The notes below the pieces were generated by a model that ran no database searches, was not told where the DNA came from, and was given only the letters and a program-made list of their open reading frames with translations. Shown in pieces: positions 24,398-39,500 of a DNA stretch of 64,000 nt. How positions within the stretch are numbered: position 1 is the first letter of the stretch; each line of letters starts with the position of its first letter. The stretch lies in NCBI GenBank assembly GCA_964035545.1, contig OZ037766.1:13196722-13260721 (forward strand), written 5' to 3'. Position numbers and translations under genes: made by a program. Source of the DNA: Bugula neritina (Eukaryota > Animalia > Bryozoa).

Positions 24398-27300
24398 TTT
24401 AAATTGAGTTTCAATTTTTCTCTGAAAAATATGATGCGGATTTTTTAACATTTGATTCAAAAGATGCTAAAATATTTTTTTACATGCTTAAGTAGTTTTT
24501 AAAAGCTAGCAATTTAGCTTTTAGCTGTATTTTATAATAAAAATTAGCTTTTCTGTACTTCACACAATAGATAATTACGCATAATTATCCAGACTTTTCG
24601 CTTCACCATTAAACACCAAAACTTATACTGTCTGTAGGTTAATGTGCATATCTATATTCATATTTTACTTTCTGAGATCATCAAACTAATCAGAAACCTA
24701 TTATCATTTTTCTTAAAATATTCCTTTGAAAATTATACTTTTTTAATCTTGCTGTCAAACTTTTTCTCATCTATCTCCGCTTTGTCCTGTGCGGGTAGCG
24801 GACACCAATATATTATATTGTACTAAAATAAACAAATAGCGTTTCACTGGGAAACGTCTATCTAGAATGGCACCTGTAACTTTCACCTCACTCCCACATA
24901 TAGGGCCTGTTTTATCAGTTTTAGTCTTCAGTTACCACCATCAATAACAGTTATCACATTTTTAGCATCACCTGCTGTCAATATTAAGACAGCAAACTTA
25001 CATTCTTAGCTTGTTCAGAGGTTTTATTGTGCTTTTATGCTTCTACAACAGCCGTTTTTTCTATCATGAATACATGTTTCAAGTGTAAGTCCTGAAAAGT
25101 TGATGCTACTAGGACAGCTGCTTGTTGTCTAGAAAAGTTAAATCCCAAAAGCTTAGAGCTGCCTAAGCTAGCTACCAGATCTTCTTAATTAGAATAAGAA
25201 AGCAGATAAACCAGACTTTTAACTTGGAAATCAAGAATGTGCCCACATCGACATTTCAAAAGCCACTTGATCTGAAATGGAGTGATGAGAGTACACAGAG
25301 AGAAGTATTAGTGCATCTGATGCACTAAAGTTGTTCATAAAGCAGTTTATTGTCCACATAGAATGCAAAGCACCTTTAATAATTGTTAAACCTACAATTA
25401 TTTTGATCAAATTGGAAATTCATCAGATTAGTGTAAGCTGAGCAATGTTCAATTGTAGCTCCAACACTACTTAGTTGTTCAGTGGACACTAATTTTGACA
25501 TTGTAAGTTTGAACATTATGTGTTCACCATCGCTAGAGCTGAATCTAGCTAAACAACGTGGTAATTATGAGAAATGGAAGTGAAATTAATGCTACAACTA
25601 AATATTTTGCTAGAATTAATAGCTTTGCCCAGTTTGTTTGCCTGGTGAGTAGTTATTAGAAAAGCTTGCTTGTTGACTTAGCATACATTAAAAGAATACA
25701 CAGACAGTGCACAGTACATTAGCACATCATATATTATAATGGTAAACTGATAATAGGAAAAGAAAAAAATAGCAAATAAAGACCAAAAAATTAAAAAAAG
25801 ACTGTCTATACCAAGTAAAATGGGTTCATAGTTTTACTGGAAAGTCAAATGAAGTGACAATAACTCCAAAGTAGCTGATTAGCCTAAGCTGGTGTTGGCC
25901 TGATGACAAGAATTAGTTTGGTAAGAGAGCACAGGCTGCCGTTTCTACACAGCATGATCTCTACAGGAAAAATCATAGTATAGGAAGCTGTCCGCTATTG
26001 AGATAAAACTGCAATAGTCAATATTTAGATTCCTACACAATAATCAGAAATTTAGGTGAAAATCAATCAATAAACTGCTACACACACACAGAAGATGAGT
26101 GCTAGGATTAAATACTGATTTGTTTTTTCATAAAAAGGCAGTCATTATTTTCATTATGTGTTCTTATGGACAAAGCTATAATTCTAGACGTCTTGCATTC
26201 CTAGAAGCCTAATATTTCCTAATTGTTTTGAAATATTCTTATAAACTTGTGAAAAGTTAAAAGCCAAGAGAGATTTGTAGTTTATAGAAAAGCGCAAATA
26301 GCATATAAATCTCAGCTTTGGTACTTCTAGTCTAGCTTTGCTTAGGTATATGAATTTTTCAAAATTAATGTAAACTAAATGTTTTAGGATTTCATAGTTT
26401 GTCCTCATATCTTATTCCTATAATCATAGGAGTATTTGCATTATATATTATACAGAATTTATGCATTCTTTTATTTCCTGAAACCTCTTATAGAACTTAA
26501 AATTTATTAATAATTTAAATCTGTTTGATTGCTCAGTAGGATAACACATCTCTGAAATATTTTCTCTGTGTTTTGGCGCCTGAAAGGTACTGACTCAACA
26601 GTCAATTTGGCAGCTACCAACTCTTTTACATTGGACTGGTATAGTAATCAGCATATCTAATTTGCATTCCAAAAACTGAAACATCTTTCCATAATCTAAG
26701 TTTGTTCTCAGAACTTATAAAGGTAGCCCTTTACATTTAGCAGATATATAAGAATTTTAGGATATGTGTTTTGACACCTGTACCATGTTTTCAAGTGATG
26801 AGGAATGTCACTGTATCAAATATACTGTATCTGATTAGTTAGATTGCTGATTGGGCTATATTTATATTCTTGTAATGATATGTTGTGTTGGCTTGAATTG
26901 GTGTTCATTCTAACATATCCTCTGTCTTTGGTGTTTCGGGCTCAGTTTAGTTGGGGAATTTGATATCCATTTAAATTGGTTGAAATGGAATGAAACTGTG
27001 CCCTCTTCATTATGTCTATAAGCAACAAAACATTGTTATTCGCAATCTTGCAGACACTTCCTAAGCAATTCTGTGGTTAAAATATTGATTAATTAATAAT
27101 ACTTGTGGATGTATGATCTCCACTGTCTGCTATTAGTTTAGCAATCATATTTCTTATTTCACATGTTTAATAGAAAGGTGAATAACCTCAAAAGGTTCAA
27201 ACAAATTCTCAGCACATGAAACTAATGCAAAAATATTATAGTTATTATGTTTATTTTAGCTGTTGAGTTATCATATAAATTATCTGATTTACCAACAATT

Positions 27301-30300
27301 AATTTCAGCCAAGTAAACCAATTACATGTAGTAACATATCTATATAAATGTTGCATTGATTACTAAATAGCTATAGCTTGTAATAGTTATAATAGCTAAT
27401 ATAAATTATCTGGAATAATATTCCAATTTGCATAGATATGTGTATGGAAAAAAGCAGTAATACATTAATAATAGATAAGATCTTTAACAAATACTTATTA
27501 ACAAAATATCTTTTAAAACATCAAGAAGTATAGAAAATGCAAAATTAATAAGTCAATGCAGATCAAAGGAATTTATTTATGTGCTAAATAACAAGCAATT
27601 GATCCAAGTTTATTTAAATATACATATATTTCAATAATATTCAAATAAATTGCACATAGAATATATATTGTACCAAAATAAATAAATAGCGTTTAACTGG
27701 GAAGCGTCCATGTGGGAAGCGTCTAAGTAGAAAATTTAGCCTAGCGTTTAACTGGGAAGCGTTTATCTGGGATGACACCTTTTATTTTATTACTACCATT
27801 ATTAGTACCAGTAGTAAAAAAAGAATTATAAAAGTAGTGAGAATAGATGTTTAGCACCAGAAATAGTGGTTTTCTCTTTACTAGTTTTACTAGCCGTTTA
27901 TCATAGGTACTTTCTTCTATCAAACACTAGCCAAGAGCTTGAAATCATTTAGGCTGTAAAATTTATTTGACTAATATGATACAACTAATTATAATAAAAG
28001 TTACATGACATTTACTGAAGCAAACACCTTTTAGTTGCTTATATGTTGACACCATATTATTGTGACAACAATTATTGTGTCAATAATGGCTCTATGTTCA
28101 TGACAGCAGACATTGTTTGCCTTTGTTAATAGATGTTGAACTGCACACCTATAGCTGTACATGCATGTGCAATAGCACACGATAAGCATAGTATTAAAAT
28201 AGCAGGAATAGCGAGCTACAAACACAATTATTTAAATACTTTGCATAAAGTGTATCCTTCAATACATATTTACAAAGTATATTTAATATACTGCATTATA
28301 TGCGTGTGCTGATATATAAAGCTAGTAGCTTTCTTCTTTCTTTTTTCAAAATGTTTTATAGGGAAAGTTTCAATTAATTTCATTTAAAAACAAATTTCGT
28401 TTAACAATCAACATTGCAGCAGATGCTTTTGTTTTGTCCGACTAACACACATTTTTGGATGCAGAAGTCAGCCATTCCAACAGCAATACGTACTTCAATG
28501 TTAAAATATAATTGATATTAACTATTTTTAAAAGCTTTTTTTGAATAACATCTGACAAACATGCTCAGTACCATCAGACTTGGAGTGATAAATTTTTCTA
28601 ATTGTTTTGCAAAAATTTTGTTGTCTTTCCTTATTAATGTTTGGATCAAAGATTAAAAAGTGAGAAAAAATGTGTTCTGTCTTCCATAACAGACCTGATT
28701 CACTGTTGATTTCATTTTAATGTTTTTCGTACAATATAGGGTCCTTTTTAGGTTAATTTCACCTTGATTCAGCATTTTCTATTACGATATCTAGATATGT
28801 TATATATAGAGTGAACTTTGATTCACCTAGAAGTATAGACTAAAGATCTAAGCATTGTTTGTAGGTCTACCATATTTATTTTAATTCTGGTGGTCAATTT
28901 TCCTTTCATTCACCACAAAAGCAGTTTTATAGTCTAATTCAAAGATAAAACATTACTGAATATACTACTACATTATGTATTGACAAATTTATTGTCTAAT
29001 AATAGCTCAGTTTTTCATAAATCTCAATATGACAAATTAATGCATTTCATATTGTTTGATCAGCTTCAAAGAGCATTTCATATATCTTTCTTTTTATTCT
29101 GAACTGAAACTCTGGTGGTAATACATTAAACACAAAAACAACCAAAATATCTCAATAAAAACCTGTTTGGTAGTTGTAGACAAAGTGCAATTAGGGTAAT
29201 CGAAGTCAACATTCTTTTATCAGTCAATTTGACATTTCGATTAAAATGATGAGTTACCTTGTTTGTGCTAAAAAGATTTCATAACTCACCTTTACAAAAC
29301 ATTTTTTTCTATAAAATAACAGTTCTGTGGTTTTCTTACCCAAATAAGTTTTGCCCATTCCTATTCTATTAACCTATCTAATTAAAATAGCTCAATCATC
29401 TGCATGCCCTTGAAGTAGACACTCAGTTCTAGACCATGGGTGTTTTTATGGTAAATTTTGTTATAGTTGTCATTTAGAAAATTTAACTTTGCTCTGCAGC
29501 TTCAACCTTTTCCATCCGAATATAATCTTGGTGTAAGCTTAGGGTTTTAGTTGTAATTATACTCACTGAAAGTTAAGGTACAGGGAAACAATAAAGTGTA
29601 AGAGACCTATAATAATAGGCTAACGTGAAGGTCAAAGTTGAAGCAAACCAATATCATGGCCCAACTATATCCATCCATATTCCAAGAGATAACAGAGTCG
29701 TAACAGACAATACAATGAAGAAGTTTCTGTTCAAACTATTTCATGTCAAGTTATATGCAAGTTGTTCCTAATGTGACATCATCACAACATTTGATGACTC
29801 TGTTAGAGTTACCAATGGCTACATTCTGGTCTAGCTACAAACTACTAACTTACTGGTCTGTTAAAGAAGCTCCATCGGGAAATACTTGTCTAGCTATAAA
29901 CCATCTCATTTGCAACTTCACAAGTACAAGAACGGTCCAATTTAGATTTCCATAACCTATTAATAAAACTCATTTATGTTTTTGGTGCAAAAATTTAGTT
30001 TTATTAAAATCTTAGCCATGTTGCTTATATAAATGACACTTGTTAATTATTATAATGGTTGTGTTTTCATTAAGAGCTGGGTGTCAACTGCTCAAATATT
30101 TCTAATTTAAGTTCCTACATATTTGAGTTGCTAAAAACTGGCATTGTCTTTATATTCAATTAAACTATCTGCTATCTCAAGACAAGAGTTTCTTATGAAT
30201 TTATTAACAATTACCTCAAAACTAGTCTAGATACAAAAATATTTTGCATAGATTATTTAAATCAGTCAACAATGTATAGAAGCTTGGGCTCCTTATAAGC

Positions 30301-33300
30301 ATAACCTGTCAAAAAGTATTTTTCACTACTTGAAGTTTGACAAATCACCATGACAAAATTTCAAGATTTTGCCTCACGACATGCTTTTACAAAATATTTT
30401 ATTTTAGTTGATGGGTTTACTGTAACCCATATAGCCCATGAATTATACCTATGCACTATGCATTGAATGTGGGAGGTGAGTTTGTGCTCCCCATATGTGA
30501 ATTATAGACTATGTTAAGAGCACAACTAACCTAGCTTCTCTGAAGTTGTCTCATAATGATAAAAGTATGATTAATGTTCATATTTTAATAAAATTAATTT
30601 TTATTACTGCAAACCTGTTACTTTAATGGAATTTAAATAAATAGTTGAGCAGTAGATCCTATCTCAAACTCACTAGATATCACAGACTAAGTATATAACT
30701 TTTCATACCCAGGTCACTTTTCAATGTGGAATTTTAGTTGTATAATATTCCAATTATAACTTTGACATGTGCTAGGTGAATGGTAGATGTCAGTAACACT
30801 TGCTACCTGGACAAATTAACCTCTGCCTCTACATTTTAGTATATCACACAAAATAGCATGCCTAGCCAGCTCAAAAACTAACACCCAGCAGTTAGATCTA
30901 AACCTGGACTGTGTGTAATACTACATGTAAACTTGTGCATTGCACTTCACCCATTAGTATGCAATGTCATATTGTACCAACTGTCAATACTCAACCACAT
31001 GCCTGTGGTAATTATTTACACCCTAGAATGTTATTTTTTAATTATACTAATCTTTATACTCTCTAACAGTAATTTGGCAAGTTTTCTGTTATCTTGGTTT
31101 GAATCATAGAAATTTTGTCCAGGTAAAGGAAATATCTAAAACTTCAAGAACTGACAATAGTTAATGTCATATCACTAACTAAAGAGTATGAATTAGAAAA
31201 CATTTAGCACAGCTACTTTAAATTGGCTAGAAAATTACTTTCTACGTAATAAAAAGCTACACAATTTAGTGTTTAGTTAACACCTAACTCAAGTATTCAG
31301 AAGTATTACAGTAATCATTCACTTGTTGTCTAGGCTGCCTGTTGACCTCGGAATTAGCTGACACAAAAATAAGAAACCCAAACTATCAGTTACTGCTAGA
31401 AAAATTAACTTTCTTGCTATGCTATAAGACAGCACAATAAAGCATTTAAGCCTCAATTTTGCAACTGATTATCTACCGATTTTGGTCTGAGAGCTAATAT
31501 GTGTGGAAGAGAAGTGAGTTTTCCTTTCAATTGGCATAAAAGACACAAATTTCTACAAAATTAAAAAAAAACTTGAAAAAGAAATTTATTATTGATAGCT
31601 ATATTTCAACAAAGCATGAGTTTAAAATGGCTGAAAAGTTCTGTTTACTGCAAATGAGTTTTTAGAAAAGCTAGCAACTTATTGGGCCTTATATCAAATT
31701 AATGGGAGTCAAGTAAAACAAATAGAAAATATGATTTGCTCTAAAGTTAATTAACTCAAATTTGCCAAAACCAGATGGCTAGCAAATATCTTTTACCAAA
31801 AATTTATCAAAAACATACTATTATATCAGAAATATAACTGTATACTGATGCAATCATCAATTTAAACTAATTCAGTTAATGTCCCCCAACTGAGAGTGTA
31901 CAATACGAAGTATTACATTTGCTGAAGGTTTTAATAATCAAACTGATAGACAAAGGATCAGACAGGCTTTAATGTACAAAACCATGCTGTGGATATTAAA
32001 AGGATTATTGAAAAGAAAAACTCTGACAAAGAATGTAATGTTTTTGTTCACAAGGACTATACTGAACCGGTACATATTATTGTGACATGTTTTACTAAAT
32101 GGCAAGCTCTTTTTGTAACCATATTTTATTTGATTGATAAACAGCTTGTGTTAGCATTTAAACTCTTTATTCTACATATTGATGTATATTTAGTGTTAGC
32201 TATTAGCATGAATATTTGTAAATTAGGTAACCATGTTGATAAATGAGAGTTATTTGGGAAAAACTTATAATTAGACCATTGCAAGTGTAGATAGAGTATA
32301 TAGGTGTGATGAGTCGAATAGATTTGAGATACTTTAAAGAGAAGTAATTAGGCTGAAGACTTTCTTTTCAAGGCACTAACTAATTATTTCAAGTGCTTAA
32401 TTAACATAATGAAATTAGTATCATCAGCTGTAATTATAAGTACTTTTAGTTATCAGTTTAGCCAAAGTGAACTCCTTATCAGTTATCACCTAACTATTAT
32501 TACTTCAACCCATTGTAGATTAGGTTTTTCTACTGTGCAACTGCAGCTCAAATATGCATAAAACATTGGCATATGATTTCCAGTTTATAGCACATATAAG
32601 TATGACTGATCTGTGAATTGTGATACCTTGGTTAGTTTGGTTGACTACAAAGTGCAAATATATTAACATACAACCTCAGATTATGTTTGAGCCTAGAATA
32701 ATAATCTATATACAGATGTTGAAGTCTACCTGAAATCTCTGCCATATAGTTTATTACAGACAGATTTGTTTTAAGAGGTCAACAACTAAAGTCATGGTGA
32801 ACATTTTAAAGACAAACTCTGGTCTGCTGAATTATTAACTATAATTATTATTATTTTCTTTTCAACCATAAGTTGTATACTCAATATTGCTAACCTTTAA
32901 CATGTAGCAGTGGCAGGTCAAGGTTTTGCACCTTTGCAAGAATATATCTGCAATGTTTAGATAATCCTTCAACATAAAGGTGATAGGTCTATATTGATTT
33001 ATTTTTAATAAGTTTTGAAGAATCTTGATCACACTTTGAAAAAAAAAGCTTACAAGTTATGATTTATGACTTCAAACAACTTCATTCAGGTCAATGCAAT
33101 ACCTTTACCGTTTAATCAACAAATAGTTTTTCTTAGTATAAACATTTTCAAATCAATACAATATATAACTCACTTGTACCATGTGCTTTGTTATTACAAG
33201 TAGTGTAGACTAGCTTATAACACTGCAACAATTCATTTATTATAATTTCAGTTTATAAAAAATTAAAAGCTCAAGTAGTGTAATAGTGACAATACCTCTT

Positions 33301-35589
33301 GATTGACATTGTAGAATTTTTTAAAAGTTTACCGATAATCTGCTAATCTATTTTGGGAAATTATCCAATCACAATGCACTTCCAAGTATATATGATTATC
33401 ACTACGTTTCGATGCTTTGGATTATGCAACTGGAGTTTTCATTTGATGCATGGGGACAGTTTCATCGAATGAAATCGCAACCACAAACTCATCCGTACGG
33501 TTCATTCGAAAGGAAATGCCGTTTGCATTATAATATACATGTATATGGGAACAGCTCAGGGAGTGCTCAGCTCTTTAGACTAATTTTTGATAGCAAACTT
33601 TAAGTAAACAACTATACATTTGATAATTAGGCAATTGTATTGTGCTGATAAAATTTTGGAGACAATTCTAAAGTTTTTGACTAAACACGATGTATTTGCA
33701 TCAAAATTAAGTTAATAATACAACTTGTTGAGTGCAGGTAGATTCTTTATAGTTTGCAATTAACTTTAAAAGAGAATTGTTTAAAATACAGACTAGGAGT
33801 TTCACTCATTGATGGTATAATTGCATAGACAATTTAACATTTATATATTTGGATATTGACAATAAATTATATTTATGACAAATTTATGCTTGACATAATT
33901 ATTTTGCTTTAGTGATTGTAAAGAATATTAGTTTACAACCCCAGCTCACATCAAAGTGTAACCTGTCAGCTCTGTAAAAAACTCAATAGGTTTTCATAAC
34001 AGAGGTTCGAAAACCTACTGAATGTATTTTATAAGCTTTTTATTTGCAGCCTTCGAAAAACCTATAATATGCAAAAACATATTATATATCAATAATATAT
34101 TTCTTTGTTTGATACTTGATTGAAAGTTCAGTACAGCTTTTGCTACCTTTTTTCTCTGATAAGGATTATGTTTTTTCACCTTTTTTTCACCCTCCAAAGA
34201 GACTTTAGAAAGTCTACTGGTTAACCATTATTCTTAATTACAGATGTAGTCTGAAAAAACATGGCTCTCATACTGTCTAATAGGTAAATTCCACTTCAAG
34301 TTGGAAGACGTGGCAAAGTCGTATAAACCACCAGCTACTTGAGTAAATGGTAACTAAAGGCTAGCATAAGGTAACTTTTACTGCAGCTCTGTGGTTGGTT
34401 GGTGAGTAACTGAGGGTTAGAGAACTGACTGAAAGTTCGGCTTATGGTCACTCCATGTGTGGTTTACTTGAATTGTTACAATAATCTATCTTATATACGG
34501 TGTTGGTGGTAGGTTGGGACTGTTGCGTGATACTTCTCCTGTTTGATGTTTTAGCCAATGCTAGCCAATCTCTAACCAAATATTACTTTACAAGGCACAA
34601 AAGTATCAAACTGCCCTAGTTTTATACAAGTTGAGCAAGATTTCATGTGAAAATACAAAATTTTATTGCAACATCATATTTACTTTGGCGTCATCATTCA
34701 ATAATCGGCAACCATTTTTTATACTTTGAGACATTGCAATGTTATTGACCTTTGAGTCAATGAGCTTAGACCTCCAGAGTTGATTTGATAGCTTCCCATT
34801 AATATTCTTACAATCTATAAATTGACGCCACCATGAAGGTGTTTCTGATAAATGGTGCTAAACTAGCTGTTGTATGTAACAATTAATTCTGTTGTCATGG
34901 TAATTTGAAACTTTATAATTAGAAAGTAAAAAATTTAACTTTTTTAATTTTAATTTAGTTAATCAGGTTTAGTTTAAAAATAATTTGCACTTGCAGCAGG
35001 TTGATCTATACACCCTTTAGTGGTAGTTAGAGAGAAATTCTGTCTGTATAATAAAGTCTTGGTGGTAAAGCTTTTAATATTCTGCTTGACAAAACAAACC
35101 AAACATTCAAGGTTAAAAAATTATAAGACCTATATTGAGCTTATACATATTTTACATTGTATAGAATAAGTGTAATCATGTTTAAATTACGAATGAAAAA
35201 AATATCACTTATTTTGTTAAGTTGATCAATTAAAACTACAGCCTTATTTACATTTATGTGAAAATATACGGTAGTTGCATGTATACAGTAAATCATTGTA
35301 TCTAAGTAAGTTGTTTTACTGTTATAACTTGTATCATGATACGAGTGTAATACTAGTATGTTCATATTATATAACGTGCTGTTAGTTGGTCTTAGTCTTC
35401 TATTTCTACTTATATGTATGTCTGTAAGGGACAGACATGCATGCAACTCTATATTATGTCTGAACTTAAAATCTGCACCAGAAATGTGGAGAAATATTGT
35501 CTGACATTTTATAGCTATTGCTAAAAGTATGTTATATATGCAATGAAGTATAAGAAAAGTTTAAAGTATGCATTACTATATTACTGTAA

Positions 35590-35787
35590 TTAGCCAATCC
35601 AGTAATATTACTTTGCAAAGATCTTATTGGACAATTATAAAGATATATAAATACTGTGCACAGGTTCCACCTATCACATGCTCAATGCTATCAGCTGTTG
35701 AAAGGTTTCTCTAATTCTGGACTGGAAGTTTCTATATTATATCTGTTGAGGTATATCTCCATCACTCTGTCACAGCAGGTCACACAG
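35590..35787 (+). promoter_or_regulatory. Putative core promoter (CCAAT 35594, ATTGG 35626, TATATAAA 35644-35651) and non-coding exon 1 of FOXRED2-like copy 2
   Basis: Canonical motif spacing; donor CAG|GTATGA at 35787; ATGs in this exon are closed by stops. Confidence 0.5.
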
Positions 35788-36593
35788 GTATGATTGCTTA
35801 TTATATAATCATCCAATCTTTTTACAAACCAACAAAAGTATAGTAGCTATATGAAATAAATCTTTTATGTGAAGATATTTGAAACTTAGCTTTTAGTTGA
35901 AGAACAAGTCTGTAGCTTGTTTCTATAGCAAAAGAAATTATAGCTAGATTCATAATCACTGATTTAATGCTTTACAATAGAGGTTCATTAGCAACACAGT
36001 ATTTTTCTTCTATATTGAAGAAACTGACTATTTGTTATTATATACTGAACAATATTTATTAACAGAAAATCTTTAACATAAAAAACTTATAAAATGTCAT
36101 CTGTTGAAGTTATCATCTGCTTGGCTAGAAGAAGATTAGCTCTGTTGGTAAAGTTTTATGATAAATATGAATTAAATGGCAGATAAAATATTATTATAAG
36201 ACATAAAAATTCCTTTGTGAAATGACAGTAGCATATTACAGCTATATTATAATAATCCATAAAGATGATGGTATAACCATTAAGTAGGCACCATTGTGTA
36301 CATTTTACTTTTAGGTTCAGAAACTAGATATAAGCAAGAAATCTATTCATTTATCTGTCCATATATTTATAAGAATTAAAAATGCTAATATATATGTTTC
36401 TAATGGATTGGTTTGGGTTGTTTATACAAGAATAACCCTATTTTTCACATGAAAGAATTTTTTTCAACTTGTAAATGACTGAATTCTATCTGCATTTGTA
36501 CGCTCAACACTCTCCATCAATTATGTTGAGTAAACACAAAACTCTCACAGTTACTTGTATTTGATTTCTGTATGTGACAGATTGCAGGTAGAA

Positions 36594-39500
36594 ATGCAGA
36601 ATTCAGTGGACTATGACTATGTGATAGTGGGAGCTGGGCCAGCTGGTCTGCAGATGGCTTACTTTCTACAGCAAGCAGGTCAAAGGTACATTGTCTACGA
36701 ATCAGAAGATAAAGCTGCCAAGTTTTTCCAACAGCATCCGAGGTGTGGTCGGCTCATTTCCCTCAACAAGAAGAACAACTTCTTTGAAGAAGAAGAGTTC
36801 AACATGAGACACGACTGGAACTCTTTGCTTTCAGAGGACAAAGAAATGAAGTTCACCAAGTATTCTGATGACCTGTACCCTCAGGCTATACACCTCCACC
36901 AGTATTTGAATGACTATGCTAACAGATTTCACCTCAATGTCAAGTACAACACTAAAGTTGAAAAGATCAGTAAAGCCAATTCAACATTCACTGTGTACAC
37001 AGAAGATAGAGAAGGAAGAACTACATCATGTACTTCAACCTGTGTGTTAATGGCAACTGGTGCTGTCACTGAAAATATTCCTATTGAACAGATTCCAGGT
37101 ATGTGCATCTTATTTGATTCACTCTGCTTTGTTGGGTGTCCTTTCAACCACTAAATAATAGCACTGATAGATACAAAGTTAGAAAGCTAGGCAGACCTAT
37201 GAAAGTTGTACCAATGTAAAAAAGTTTGCTTGGAGCGTATTTAGAATTGATTTAAAGTTTGAAAAAATAGTTCAAAAAGTCGGACATTGTCATATTTTCA
37301 AATAGAATAAATATAAAGTTAAAAGCTTCCTAATATTCACATATAATATTACTGCCTTCCACTTAATAACAAATGAAAATATGTGCAAGATCTGATATAG
37401 AAGTAGACAAGAATGATTGATTTATCTAGACTACATTTACATCATAAAGAAACCACAGGAATTACCTATTAGCATAATTCTCTTCTTTTTATTGTGTGCA
37501 TTAAAATCCAATAAATGCTAAAATAGTCTATTAAATCTTATCTATAAGTTACCTCAGTCAGTTGAATGAAATAAAGCAAGCAACTGCTGCTCAATCTAGT
37601 ATTCATCTTTTAACTTAGTATTGTTATAAATTTGAGGGTCATAGACTGATTATTACTGAGTAGTATGATAATATGACTGTCACCATGGAACAGTATAGAT
37701 AATAGAAGATAATCCAGCTGAGTACATTTTGATGACCGTTTAGTTTCTACATGTAGTCTATATTATTGTAAGGCATGACCACTAGTAAGTCCTGCACAAG
37801 TTGAGCTCAAGTATATCAGTCTGCTACAGACTTAGATATCATTACTTTTATTATATTTATATGACTCCAAGCGACTAACTATCAGGAAAGAAAACGAAAA
37901 TTAGACATGGCAACTAATTTATTCAATATGAAATGTTAAATAATTATAATAACAAAAAAAGTCAATTCCAAAGAGAAACTACTACTTCGCTATAATGCTA
38001 TATATATTTGCAGGTTTGGAATTGGCTGACACTTACAGTAAACATGATATGAACAAAGACCTCTACAAAAATAAAATAATTCTGATTATTGGGGGAGGTA
38101 ACTCTGCATTTGAAACAGCAGATTATTTCTCTGGCTCAGCTGGTATCGTTCATGTGGTATTCAATAAGAGGATTCAATTTGCCTGGGATACCCACTATGT
38201 TGGTATGTAAATAAACTGTCTATCCATATAATAATCCGTACTTTTTAAGATCACAGTCTTAAATTAATGGTTCTTGTTAATAAATATGCAGGCTATAAAT
38301 TATTGACTTCAAAAACATAAAAGACTGTCACAAAGCCTGACTGAGACTTCAGTTTAAAGGATATAGAAGAGATTAGTCTATAGACCTGGTAGAATTATTA
38401 AACCTGAGTTATAGGCTGCTGCATGATTGATATTCCATAATCTCTTTAATTATATATACTTTATATAACCTGTGGCTGCTTCCAATTATAATCTCTCTTT
38501 TTGTTCTTCATCCCAGGGTGTTTGTCAGCTTACTTAGCACTTTAAAAAGGCAGTTGAGCAGAGAATAGGTCATTTGCTAAGTATAGGAGCTCTCTACGCT
38601 TGTTTTATTAAGGATAGTCTAACCAAAAGCTTGCGAGTTTGGAAGGATTGTGCAAAGAATGAAATAACTAATACATACTTTGTGGATTATCATTTTATTT
38701 CAAATGGAATGATATTAGGAAAAATTCCAAAAGTGAGTACTTTGTATTTTTGCAGGTGACCTAAGAGCAATCAATAACAATATTATTGACATGTATCACC
38801 TCAAGTCTCTGCATTCAACTATTGGAAGTCAAGTTGTTAAGATTGTGAAGAATGAAGCAGGGAAACTGGTGGTGACTTTCAGAGATTTGAACACACACTG
38901 GGAAGTACCAGGATGGTTGTACTTTGACATGGAGTATGATCATGTGATCAGCTGCATGGGCTGGAATTATGTCAACACTCAGGTGTTTGATGAGTCTATC
39001 AAAGTGGGTGGGTTTGCAGTGAAATACACATTAGAAGCTATAAATAGATAAAGTGTAAATGTGTTTTAATGTGCAGTTGATGGCATCTCATATCATCATA
39101 TAAATATACTTGTTTAATCTATGCTATTATAGTATTTATGGTATCTTTACATTTGAACAAATTATTGTTGTGTTTCATGGAACATCTGCTCGTAGGCTGT
39201 GAACTAAATCACTTTGCACTAAACATCTGCAAATAGTCTGCATAGTATAATATATGAAACATTAACCTGAGCCTTGTGTTGTGTAGAACTGGTAAAAGGT
39301 GGGAGATACCCCAAATTGAGCAACTGTTGGGAGACTGATACTGAAAACCTGTTCTATATTGGGTCAGCTATGGCAGCAATTGACAGACACTCAGCTTCCG
39401 GATTTGTCCACGGCTTCAGATACAACATCAGAACTTTATTTCACATCCTGGAACACAGGCTATTCAAGAAACCTCTGCCTCATCTCACTTTACCAAGAAA

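Noticed and set aside
25308-25328. TTAGTGCATC-T-GATGCACTAA palindrome near an arm-homology breakpoint as a transposon excision footprint
   Set aside because: A single short palindrome with no donor element or empty-site comparison available.
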